The notes under the pieces are model-generated. The model did not search any database and was not told the DNA's origin. It was given only the letters and a program-made list of their open reading frames with translations. Shown here piece by piece: positions 13,214 to 22,166 of a DNA stretch of 22,177 nucleotides. The stretch comes from Xylographa opegraphella. Its lineage: Eukaryota. The DNA is taken from the NCBI GenBank assembly GCA_022813865.1, contig JALDZX010000053.1, positions 124,001-146,177 on the forward strand, written 5' to 3'. The translations under genes and the position numbers were made by a program. The number at the start of each line of letters is the position of its first letter. The first letter of the stretch is position 1.

Positions 13214-14133
13214 TCAATGCCTGCGGCGCCGGCGATAGTCCTCGTCGCTGGCGCGGTCCCGCTCTTCCTTCCTCCGCGGCGAATGTTGATCCCTTCTCTG
13301 TGACCTGTGGCCCTCGCCGTCCCGTCTCCGCTCACCGCCTGCGTCTTCCGCATCCGCACCAGAGGCCCCCCTCCGTTCGTCGGTGCCGTTGCTGTCCCGC
13401 CTCTCTCTATGCCCACTGCGATGCTCCCTCTCCCGATGCCGATGCCGATGTTTCCGCTCGCCCTTCGCTTTCCCCCCCTCCCCCCGGCTCGCCCTCTCCC
13501 TCGCCAGCCTGACCTCCTCCCTCTTCTCCTCCACCAAGAACCCCTTCATCGGATCCTCCTCATCATGCTCGAGCACCAATTTCTGCAGCGCCCTCTCCTC
13601 CGGCAACAACTCCCTCTCCGACACCTCTTCCCCACCCTCTACCCCCTCCTCCGGTGATACTACCCCAAGCGCCTGCTCCGCGCCATCCCCCTCCCCGGCC
13701 TTATACCGCGCATGATCGACCCGCAACACCCTCCCCAGCACGGTCGCGCCCCCCAGATTATCGACCGCCAGCTCCGTGCTGCGCTGGTCCTCGTACTTCA
13801 GGAAGGCGAACCCCTTGCTCTTACCCGTGTCCTTGTCGCGCATCAGGTGCACGGCCACCGGCTCGCCGTACTGGGAGAAGATGGCGATGACGTCGCCTTC
13901 CGTCAGCGTGAAGGGGAGGCCGCCGATGTAGACGTACGCGGTGTCGCGGTAGTCGGCATGCCAGGAGGCGGAGGGGGGCCTTTAGGGGAAGGAGCGGGAG
14001 GCGTTAGTGATTGGGGTCTTGTGTGGTGCCGGTTGGGGGAAAGGGGGAGGATTTTTGGGGGGGGGGGGGGGGCTTACACGCCGTTTTCGATCTCGCGTTT
14101 GTTGAGTTGCTGGATTTGGCGGATGGAGTTCAT
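13214..14133 (-). CDS. IST3: U2 snRNP/RES complex RRM protein IST3/Snu17 (RBMX2, Cwf29), ~273 aa
   Basis: Exon 14133-14078 (MNSIRQIQQLNKREIENG), intron 14077-13980 (GTAAGC...CACTAAC...AAG), exon 13979-13214 reading SASWHADYRDTAYVYIGGLPFTLTEGDVIAIFSQYGE...RDKDTGKSKGFAFLKYEDQRSTELAVDNL...RVDH, which is the characteristic IST3 RRM; R/E/H-rich tail. Confidence 0.96.
14057..14072. repeat. G16 homopolymer (poly-C in the pre-mRNA) inside the IST3 intron
   Basis: 16 consecutive G directly next to the 5' splice site. Confidence 0.9.
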
Positions 14134-14506
14134 GCTTTAGGTTTGAGGGGAAGGGATGGGGGATTGCAGGAGTTGCATTGCGAGAAGAGAAAGGTAAGGT
14201 ACTCAGGGAATGGGAACTGCCTCTGGGTTGATACAAAACTTGAGTGGTCGGAAGCTGTGACCGGTATGGGTCGGGCCGAACCACCGAAAATAGGGTTAAA
14301 GGCGGCTTTGCTTCTTACTGGCCGTGAAGACATTGGGGTTCCAAGCGACAACAAGATTCTGCTACGATTGAGTGAAACAGTTTTACATTATATCTATTGT
14401 GTTACAGCACTTGCGCGCGCAGGATAAGTCATCGAATCTTTTCGAACGTTTTGAACTCAAATCGGCGCACAAACCGCTTCTCTCCTCCAACCCGAGCTCT
14501 GGGTAG

Positions 14507-15681
14507 CTACCGGTAATGAATGGGGTCATTGTAGTGATACTGATGCTCGTTTCGCTGGGGAACATGTCGCATTGGGATGTCGTGATATTCGGGTGGCCGA
14601 TCGAAGTCATCGTTGACGGTGGTGCAGGTTCCACAGGTTAGAAATCGGGTAATGGTCTTGGGCCACTTGAGGCATATCATAATCATTATTCCCACGACGG
14701 AAACGACGCCTGTCACGATGCCAACGATCGCACCCGTGTCCAGGTGGCTGCTTGAGGTAGAGCTGTTTCCATCACTGCTTGTGGTACTGCTGGTACCAGA
14801 CCCGGTTCCGGAGCTTGGTGAGCTGCTCGTGGCCACAGGGAATGGTTCTAGCGACGTTGAATGTCAGCTTTCTGTCATTGATGATTCGAGTGTGGATACT
14901 GCGTTATAAAATGATATTGAACCAGCAACGACCGCAGTAATAGACAAGTGACAGAAAGTGTCAGTCAAAGACTATCCAAAAGAGCTGGCTCAGCGTGGCC
15001 TTGCAATGATAAATAACCGCACGTACCAGATGATGTGGGTAGTCCTCCATTAAAGAAGATGTCTGTTACAGCAGTAGTGGAAGCTGCTGCTATCCCCCCT
15101 GGCTCACCAAGTGCGAGCACAACTTGATTAGAGGAACCACAGGCATAACTCTGGACTGGATAGGGGTCATTCGGTCCAGTGATGCTGTTGTAGGTAATGC
15201 AGCCGGGAGTTTGTTGCTTGCTAACCACATACTATCAGAAGGATAGTATACGTTCGTAGTAGAGGACAGACCATGATAGCCAAGAAGTATACAGTATGGA
15301 ACATTCTAAGCCGTCTGTACATTGCCCTCCATACGATAAACACGTTTGCCAGTCATCAGAACACTGCAAGGAATTGCAGCATGCTTGAATCCGGTTGATC
15401 AGGTCGTGACTTGTCGTATATCCTGATGGGCATGTAAGTGGTGAATCTGTTCGCATACGGTCAGAAGTGATCGATAACCGATGGATCTTGTACCCACTCG
15501 AGTCGCCGGAGATGTAAGCCCACGTTACCTGATCTCTTTCGTATAGTAGGTGCGGTGCAAGCGGCGGAGGAGTAATCAGCGGGCGGGGCTCTGCTTCAAC
15601 AGCAGCCACGGCCAGAGCCGCACCAAGAGTGGAATACAAGAGGGCAGCGACAAAGAGAATGTGATTCGAGGGTGCCCACAT
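14507..15681 (-). CDS. Cell-surface protein: signal peptide, Cys-rich domain, Ser/Thr-rich stalk, one TM helix (Mid2/WSC-like architecture), ~297 aa
   Basis: Exons 15681-15498, 15446-15272, 15220-15027, 14847-14507 (894 nt in frame). MWAPSNHILFVAALLYSTLGAALA signal; LTCPSGY...ACCNSLQC...TC...CTDGLEC...PGCITY...YAC; SSSPSSGTGSGTSSTTSS stalk; TM LDTGAIVGIVTGVVSVVGIMIMICL. Confidence 0.8.
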
Positions 15682-16699
15682 CGTCGTTACATGACGGACT
15701 TGTCGCATGCAGGAATAGAGAAAGGAAAGTCAAGCAAGGGAAAGTATCTCGTCCTGCGCGATAGCATCAGGCTGGCGGACGATGGACCTTGTCCTAGACG
15801 AAGCTCCTGGACGAGAACGCCCAGAGAACGCCAAGATGATCGCGTTCGAGGTGCATGTACAGGATGGACGGAAAATCGCGATGACTGGTCTGAAGTCCAC
15901 CATCTCACAAGAAGTGGCTTACGAAAGGTCCCAATCACCCACCTGGCTCAAGCGACGTCCTTCATAGTCTCAGGTATTCGCACCCCAACGTCAGCCACGG
16001 TTACCACTCTTGGCCGGTGAGCAGGGTGCGCCATGCAACTGAGTGCCTAGAACGCTCCATTATCCGAAGGTAATTCTGATGGAAGCAGTCATACTTTGGA
16101 ACAATCAGTCTACATGTCTTGGCCTGGAATCTGCCCGATAGGATATAACAGCATTCATGGAATGCCGTAGACCTGGTCTTTGATGATGACACGGCTGATA
16201 GGACCGTTCTCCTTTCTCCTTTCTTTCCGAGCTTCTCTCATGCAAGATCTCGGCGCTCGCATTTCGGCCCGCAGCGAGCCCGGGCGGACATGGTTGTCCC
16301 GACCCGCTCCGCTGAGGCTCTGAAAGCTGGAGCCAATCATGTTATAGGACTACGCGACGCGGACGCGGACCTTTTGGTGCCGTGCGCCCCGAACGAGTTG
16401 TTCCGGTGTGCACGAAAGCCGCCATGCGTTTCGGGGACTAGGCTAACTTACTTGAGGTCAACTCTATCAGCTTTCACTCGATCTACACACACCAAAACAC
16501 TGCGACCACCAGCCATTCCTCGTGCACTGCCAATAGGCTCCAGTGTTTCTCAAAATCCCTTTTACCCTTGTTATATGGTATATAAAGTGGTCTTGGGGTA
16601 GGGACTGGTATAAAATTTCTTTAAATTTTAGACTGAATGATAATTATCCGAATTTATATAATATGGTATATAATGATGTATATACCCTTTGCAATATTT

Positions 16700-17965
16700 T
16701 CATCGAGAGTCTGTGCCCACATCCCCCTTCCTCCCGAGTCCGACCTCTTTCCAGGCATTCACCACAGCCTGTTTAATTCCCGCATCTACGTCGAACGGCG
16801 GTTCACTCGCCACCGTCCTCGTGATATTCGCCCACAACTTAACTGTCGCGTCCGACCTCAGCCTTGAGTCATTCAGCGCCGTCCACCAGATCTTCCCGGC
16901 CACGTCCCATGAATTCCCACCAAGGGCTTTACAGACCTTATAGAAGGCCAGGTTCGGGATTCCTGAATTGATATGCACTTCCTTGGAGATCTCGTGGCTG
17001 GTGATTACTCCCTCCTCATTAGGCTGGGCTTTATACAGCTTGCTATAATGATCGACCTGGTCGTCCTTTCCTATGCCTTGGAAGTCGTATGCATTACCAG
17101 GCTCTTTCATCGATCGGAGCGCCATGCCCTTGCACTGCGGGAGCACCAGGTCTTCCCCGATAAGCCAGTCAGCCTGATCAACGGACTGCTTCTTATGCCA
17201 CTGTTCACACATGATACCAAACACGTCAGCAAGATGCTCGTGCAAGGCTCCTGCCTCACCGACGTCCTGGAGATGCGTGATGCTCCGGACGATCCCGTGG
17301 GTCATCTCGTGCGCAATGACCTCGATACTACCTAGGAAATTGCCGAAATATCCACCAAGATACGGTCTCGGCGCATTGGCTTCGAACGGATCATAGTCGA
17401 AGCCATTGCCGAATGTCATGCCTTCCGAAGTGTGCCCGGGGATTTTGGCCCACCACGCGCCGGGGAAGTAAAAGTCGTAATTGACGATGCCGATCAACGG
17501 AGATCCCTTGCCGTCGATGCCCTTCCGGTCGAAGACTTCGTGGAAGAAGTTGAAGATAATGCCGAGCTTATCATAGCAGAGATCAACGGCGGTGTTGCGT
17601 GCTCCTAGAGCAGGGTCTCCCTCGGAGCGACACAGTACCCCTGGAAACGCACGGTCATCCTTACACTGCTGCAGATCATATATTTGACGATACAGTCCGT
17701 TATCTTCACCGGAGTGTTTGTCTTCTGTGGGGATAGCTGTATCGGATGCAGTAGCCGACGCTTGTACGCTCGCCGTGATCGTATTCATCTGGCCAAGGAA
17801 GCCAGCCGCACTTCTCTTAATGGTATCATCATTATCATCGTCTTGAAGAATGGAGGCGAAGATCTGCGCGGGGAGGAAGAAGCAGAGAGGAGCAAGTTCT
17901 GTGACCACCTGCACCTCATCCTCGCTACTAGGTTTGACGATCATCTCGGTGTTTTGGGAGGCCAT
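16700..17965 (-). CDS. Peptidase M4 (thermolysin family, protealysin-like) metalloprotease, intronless, ~421 aa, no signal peptide
   Basis: Uninterrupted ORF from the first ATG at 17965. HEMTH zinc motif, GALHEHLADVFG (third zinc ligand), DWLIGE, ALRSM, VHINSGIPNLAFY, AGKIWW, VVNAWKEVGL. The short propeptide carries CFFLPAQIF, resembling the protealysin-type C..VPP.L motif. Confidence 0.93.
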   Translation of the reverse strand: MASQNTEMIVKPSSEDEVQVVTELAPLCFFLPAQIFASILQDDDNDDTIKRSAAGFLGQMNTITASVQASATASDTAIPTEDKHSGEDNGLYRQIYDLQQCKDDRAFPGVLCRSEGDPALGARNTAVDLCYDKLGIIFNFFHEVFDRKGIDGKGSPLIGIVNYDFYFPGAWWAKIPGHTSEGMTFGNGFDYDPFEANAPRPYLGGYFGNFLGSIEVIAHEMTHGIVRSITHLQDVGEAGALHEHLADVFGIMCEQWHKKQSVDQADWLIGEDLVLPQCKGMALRSMKEPGNAYDFQGIGKDDQVDHYSKLYKAQPNEEGVITSHEISKEVHINSGIPNLAFYKVCKALGGNSWDVAGKIWWTALNDSRLRSDATVKLWANITRTVASEPPFDVDAGIKQAVVNAWKEVGLGRKGDVGTDSR

Positions 17966-18328
17966 GTCTTGATTTTCGGAGTGGTCGTGGCGATACCTCT
18001 CCAAGAACAGAGTTCAACTGGGATCTTTGGGAAAAAGCACGAATTATGGCCATCTTTTATGCTCGTCAAAAGCGGGGTAAGACTGGCATACGCAGCTGAG
18101 AGTGTCTTGTTCAAGAAGTTCCTCTGGCATCAAAGCTGAAGGTAATGTTCAAGAGGCTTGAAATGGACCCACGTTTGGATACACGATAGTAGCGCAAGAT
18201 TCACAGCCCTCAAGATTAATGTTATTAAGTAACTTATACTAGGATGAACATATCGGCTTTTGTTTCATCGACGAGAAGTACCATTGATTCTTTACTATAT
18301 AGCATTGATATGGTATATAATCGTCTAT

Positions 18329-19229
18329 CTATTCCTTGTCCGCGGTCTGTGCGATTTCCTGTTCTGAGAACTTTGGCGCTTTCTCATTCATCTCCTTCTG
18401 CACCTTGGCAAGGAAATCATAATGATCATCTTCATCTACCACGGTGGGCATCTCGATGGTCTCCTTCTCGGCGGGCGGCGTATCATCCGGGATCTGCGCA
18501 GCCCCGATCATGAGCTTGCCATTAGAGTAGCTAGTCACCACTTTCTCCCGCCCCTCCCTGCAGATACGGTCGAGCAGCTTGACGGTGAACGTTTGGCAGT
18601 TGTTCTTCTGGTAATGGTACTGCTCCGGCATATCTCGAATAGCATCCTTGGCTATGACAGATATTAGTGCTGTCGCTACCCGCGTCGCAAAGCCACAAAT
18701 ATGAAGGTGATCGTATCTTACCTGCTAGCCTAATAGCCTCGTCATTGAATCGAGTTGTGCCTACCTTGTACAAGGCCCAGGCTCCATCGTGGATGTTGAT
18801 CTTCTGGTTATCGTAATAGTTCCAGCCACTGGATCCAGTGGCTTGTAGCTGATGGAGGTAGTCGCCAACAGAGACGCACCAGTGGCAGATGAGATTGGGG
18901 GGAATATTTGTGGGACCACGATTATCAAGTGACCACCCAAGTAGAGACTTCGAGATCTGGAGATAAGACTTGTAGTCACTATACCCAACCTCACGATATG
19001 CTATCCACACATCGCGAGGGTTACTGTTGATGTCGGCAATGCTTGGAGGGGTGGTATTCACATCGGGGTGTTGACGCTCAACGCCTGCTTGTTTGGATTC
19101 TGCCTTCGGAGGACTGATGAAGTCCCCAATATGTCCGACTTTGTCTTGAACAATACTCACCGCTGGATTGAAAACCGAACTAGCACTCTGATATGCTGAC
19201 TGAATCAGACCAGTAAGAAGAAAGCCCAT
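18329..19229 (-). CDS. Permuted papain-like (PPPDE/LRAT-like, NlpC/P60 superfamily) putative cysteine peptidase, ~276 aa
   Basis: Exons 19229-18722 and 18651-18329; intron GTAAGA...CTAAT...TAG; 831 nt in frame. The His motif (LICHWCVSVGDYLHQL) precedes YKVGTT and the Cys motif (YHYQKNNCQTFTVKLLDRI), the His-before-Cys order of permuted papain folds. Confidence 0.8.
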
Positions 19230-19535
19230 GACGTACAGTAAGTGCCGATGAGGGCAAATGCTAAAGAGTTGGAGTGAGTAATAGTAAGATTGCTTCGTGG
19301 CTGTATGCTGAGTCGTCGTCTTGGATTTTGGAGGAAGATGCCGATCTTTAACTACATTTTCTACCGAGGACAATTGTTCTCCGAAAACGATGCGCTCTGG
19401 ACAAGGCGCCTAGCTTAGGCAGATGCATTTCCGCTTTTGTCATATTCAATTGGCTTCAATGGTCGTGATACGGGTGTAGAAGAGGTCTAGAAGAGTATCG
19501 CCTCTCTGAAATAGGCCGCGTTCGGGGTGATATGG

Positions 19536-19661
19536 CTGCATAGACTTGTCATGGGAAATCGTGGCTGGCTGAAGAGTATGCATGAACTTGAGATCTAGAC
19601 TACGGTAGTCGAAGGGAAATCGTGGCTAGCTGACGAGTACCTACATTCTGCATGGGCTTGA
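19536..19661. repeat. Degenerate ~61-bp tandem repeat with a 26-bp core
   Basis: gggaaatcgtggctggctgaagagta (19553-19578) versus gggaaatcgtggctagctgacgagta (19614-19639), 2 mismatches; a flanking tgcat...cttg motif occurs three times. Confidence 0.8.
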
Positions 19662-20175
19662 ATCCAAGGTACGTCAATGTGATAGCATGTCACGGTCTGG
19701 CCCTCGATTGTGGGGCTCAGTGCCACTGACCAGCAGTCAGCCCTGCCGGCTACATCACTGTTCGTGCATGCTCAGAAATACGTTATGGCTGAGGTAGTCT
19801 ACAGTAGGGAGTAAACAAGCCCCGATGTAGGGGCGAATCGATTTTTGAATTCGGATTCAAAACGTCAATTTTCTATTCTCGAGGCTCCTATGATAAGCTT
19901 TTACACTGGCCAGCGGCAGGAGACCTGGTTGGCTCCTCGACCTGATGCTCAGAAGAAGATAACATACCTAGCAACGGATAGTAAAAGTCCAGCATTCAGA
20001 CCGCCAGGGAAATGGGTTTACTGGTCTTCGGAGGCCCCTAGTGCCGTTCATTACATTACCATTGTTCCAGCAATGACACCAGATAGCAGACCAGTGATTT
20101 TTATTCATATAAGTCGACTGATCTTCGTTCACCCGGTTAAACTGCGGAAGACGCGGTTGAAGATTCTCCAGTCAC

Positions 20176-20243
20176 GGCAAGTGTCTTGGCAAGTGGTTGG
20201 CTGATATGCACATATTCATTGGCAAGTGACTGACTGAGATGCA
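20176..20243. repeat. Direct repeats containing GGCAAGTG x3
   Basis: ggcaagtg at 20176, 20188 and 20221; 25-bp units at 20186-20210 and 20219-20243 differ at 4 positions. Confidence 0.75.
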
Positions 20244-20384
20244 TTGCATTGCAGCGTGCTACTTCAAAGTCCACTGGGGGCCAAAAACTGTTCCGCTCCG
20301 GAGAACATTCATTTTCTTTTCCGGACTACCTTATAACAATATTCTAGTGACATTGGTGCAGCTGGCTCATGGCGCTAAATCGGA

Positions 20385-20960
20385 ATGGATCACTCCACTT
20401 GTACTGGCTGCAAACAATCGAAGCCTGCCGTTGCATTTAGTGATTCTCGACGTTATAACCTGAAAACATGTTCTGCCTGTAGAGCTGTATGTTTTAGTTT
20501 TCTACACCGTATTCATCTAACTGGTTCTATAGAAGAGCTCCCGCTACCGTGCCCGTACCACTGCACAGAATGAAAATCCCTTACGTCCTCCTGCAGCCAA
20601 GCGCGCCCGCATAAGGCAGTCTTTTATCGAACTGGATCCGAACACTCGAATCAGTCGCCTTAATAAAGAGACCGAGGGAGACAAAGAAACGCGTCGGGCT
20701 GCTGTGGCTAAAGGAGAACACACACGCTTCCGACAGCTTACAAGGAATCGTGATGATGTCGTGACTACTTCACAGCCTGAGCAGATTCAGCCTCCAGGGC
20801 TCCAGCAACCCCAACTACGACAATGTTCACGATGTCGATGCCTGAAACCACCCCGTCAATTTCAGTCTATGCATTAAAGTAGCCGATCTGCGGTAACCAA
20901 AACCTGCCAGACCTGTCGCGATACAAAAAACAGGGTCCGTAATGACCCGTCCCGAACGCC
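20385..20960 (+). pseudogene. Disrupted gene with two CxxC..K....F...KTCxxCR zinc-finger repeats, probably a transposon (Helitron/MULE-type) protein N-terminus
   Basis: Exon 20385-20486 (MDHSTCTGCKQSKPAVAFSDSRRYNLKTCSACRA), intron 20487-20532 (GTATGT...CTAAC...TAG), then KSSRYRAR...LRQCSRCRCLKPPRQFQSMH*SSRSAVTKTCQTCRD with an in-frame TAA at 20875-20877 inside the second finger. The 3' end is approximate. Confidence 0.65.
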
Positions 20961-21149
20961 TGTTTGGGGGGTTTGGATTCCTGTAACACCTGGTCTGAGC
21001 ATTCCGTCCTCGCCATCTAGCAGTCACCCAACCAGTTTTCCGTTCACGTTCATAGGCAGTCAGCCTGTAACACCCCGGTCTGTTTTGGAATAGCCTGCCA
21101 TCTCTGATGAAGACTGGCGCTTCATCATTGATGTTTTTTATGCTGTTGA

Positions 21150-21765
21150 TAGAATCAAGCAGAGGAATGTACAACGTGTAATAAAAAATGGTTTGACATC
21201 GACGTCTTAAATAATAAGTCCTTGGCGACCCATTTAGTATTCTTCTCCTATACCTCTAATGAGACCATTGTCGTTGCAAAAGTCCCCATGGAGTCATTGT
21301 TACTGTTTCACCCACGGGTTTTTCGATGACGTTCCGAGTCTTATCGTAGTATAGCTGACGGAGACCATTACGTTGGTTTTCGCAAAAGTTTAGTTGTTTG
21401 CCTTGTGAATGGATGTTTCTATAACAGTAAAAAATAGCATGAAAGCCTTGGCTTGGCATTTCTCGAGCTGTGTAATAGGATCCTTGCGGATGTGTCCACA
21501 GAATCTGCTTCTTGCTGTGCGATCAAGTGGGTAATAAACACAGCAGTAGACACCGAAGTTCCTGCCTTGTCCATCTAGCCATGGTCAGTTTCTGAAAGGT
21601 TTAAATAGCATCTGCAAGCTCCAGTTTCTCCAGCTCTATGCGAAGCTCTCGTAGATCTGCATCAAGAATATCTGAATTGATACAAAAGTCCGATTCGCTA
21701 TAGGAATCATCCGCCAGCTTATTTTCCGATATGGGATAGGGTTGTTGAATACGGAAGGGTGCCAT
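21150..21765 (-). mobile_element. Degraded fragment resembling the N-terminus of DUF3435 tyrosine-recombinase-like (Starship captain-related) proteins
   Basis: ATG at 21765: MAPFRIQQ...DDSYSESDF...DADLRELRIELEKLELADAI*(21603-21601)...MARWTRQELR..., then FCGHIRKDPITQLEKCQAKAFMLFF and, after a frameshift, GLRQLYYDKTRNVIEKPVGETVT. Assigned from recalled motif order (acidic leader, W..FC....DP, F..F, L..LY.DK); no catalytic domain is visible. Confidence 0.45.
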
Positions 21766-22049
21766 CGCTGCAACAAATAGAGCAGGTTAAGGAGTAAAAC
21801 ACGAACGAGAACGAACCAGAAAAATGGATGAAAGAAGCCAAACATAACAAAAAAGGAAGGGCAAGAGCCAGGCCGACTGAGCGGCTATGGGCCAGCATCG
21901 TTAGGAAATCGAGCATGTTCAACTGTAACGACAATCCATCCTTGGTATCATTCGTGTATATTAGCATGAAAATCATACAGAAGTGATCAAGCAGTATATT
22001 ACAGAGCTTTCTCAGCATGATGAAGCAGGCGAATCTTCGCGACCGGGAG

Positions 22050-22166
22050 GGGAGCGGAAAGGTGACAGTGGGAGCGGAAAAACCAGGGCGGCAATCAGGC
22101 ACGCTAACCCGGTTAGGAGTTTTCCCGGGTTAATGCACGGCCCGATGCCAATGCACACCCCCGTGC
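22050..22166. repeat. Cluster of short direct and inverted repeats upstream of the DUF3435-like fragment
   Basis: gggagcggaaa x2 (22050, 22070); palindrome ctaacc-c-ggttag (22104-22116); inverted repeat taacccgg/ccgggtta (22105-22112 and 22125-22132); gcacgg/ccgtgc (22135-22140 and 22161-22166). Confidence 0.65.

Noticed and set aside
14848..15026. Spliceosomal twin intron (stwintron) in the 179-nt intron
   Set aside because: Removing the internal intron would create GTCTTT, a poor donor; not supported.
15950..16600. Search for an emfourin (M4 inhibitor) gene downstream of the M4 protease
   Set aside because: No ORF with an emfourin-like N-terminal GG(F/I)AG motif was seen.
18531..19373. 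280-aa ORF as the full PPPDE-like protein
   Set aside because: It begins at a TTG and runs through the intron into a wrong frame; the spliced model 19229-18329 restores the NNC motif.
19553..19639. CRISPR-like repeat-spacer structure
   Set aside because: Only two cores, related spacers, fungal context and no cas genes.
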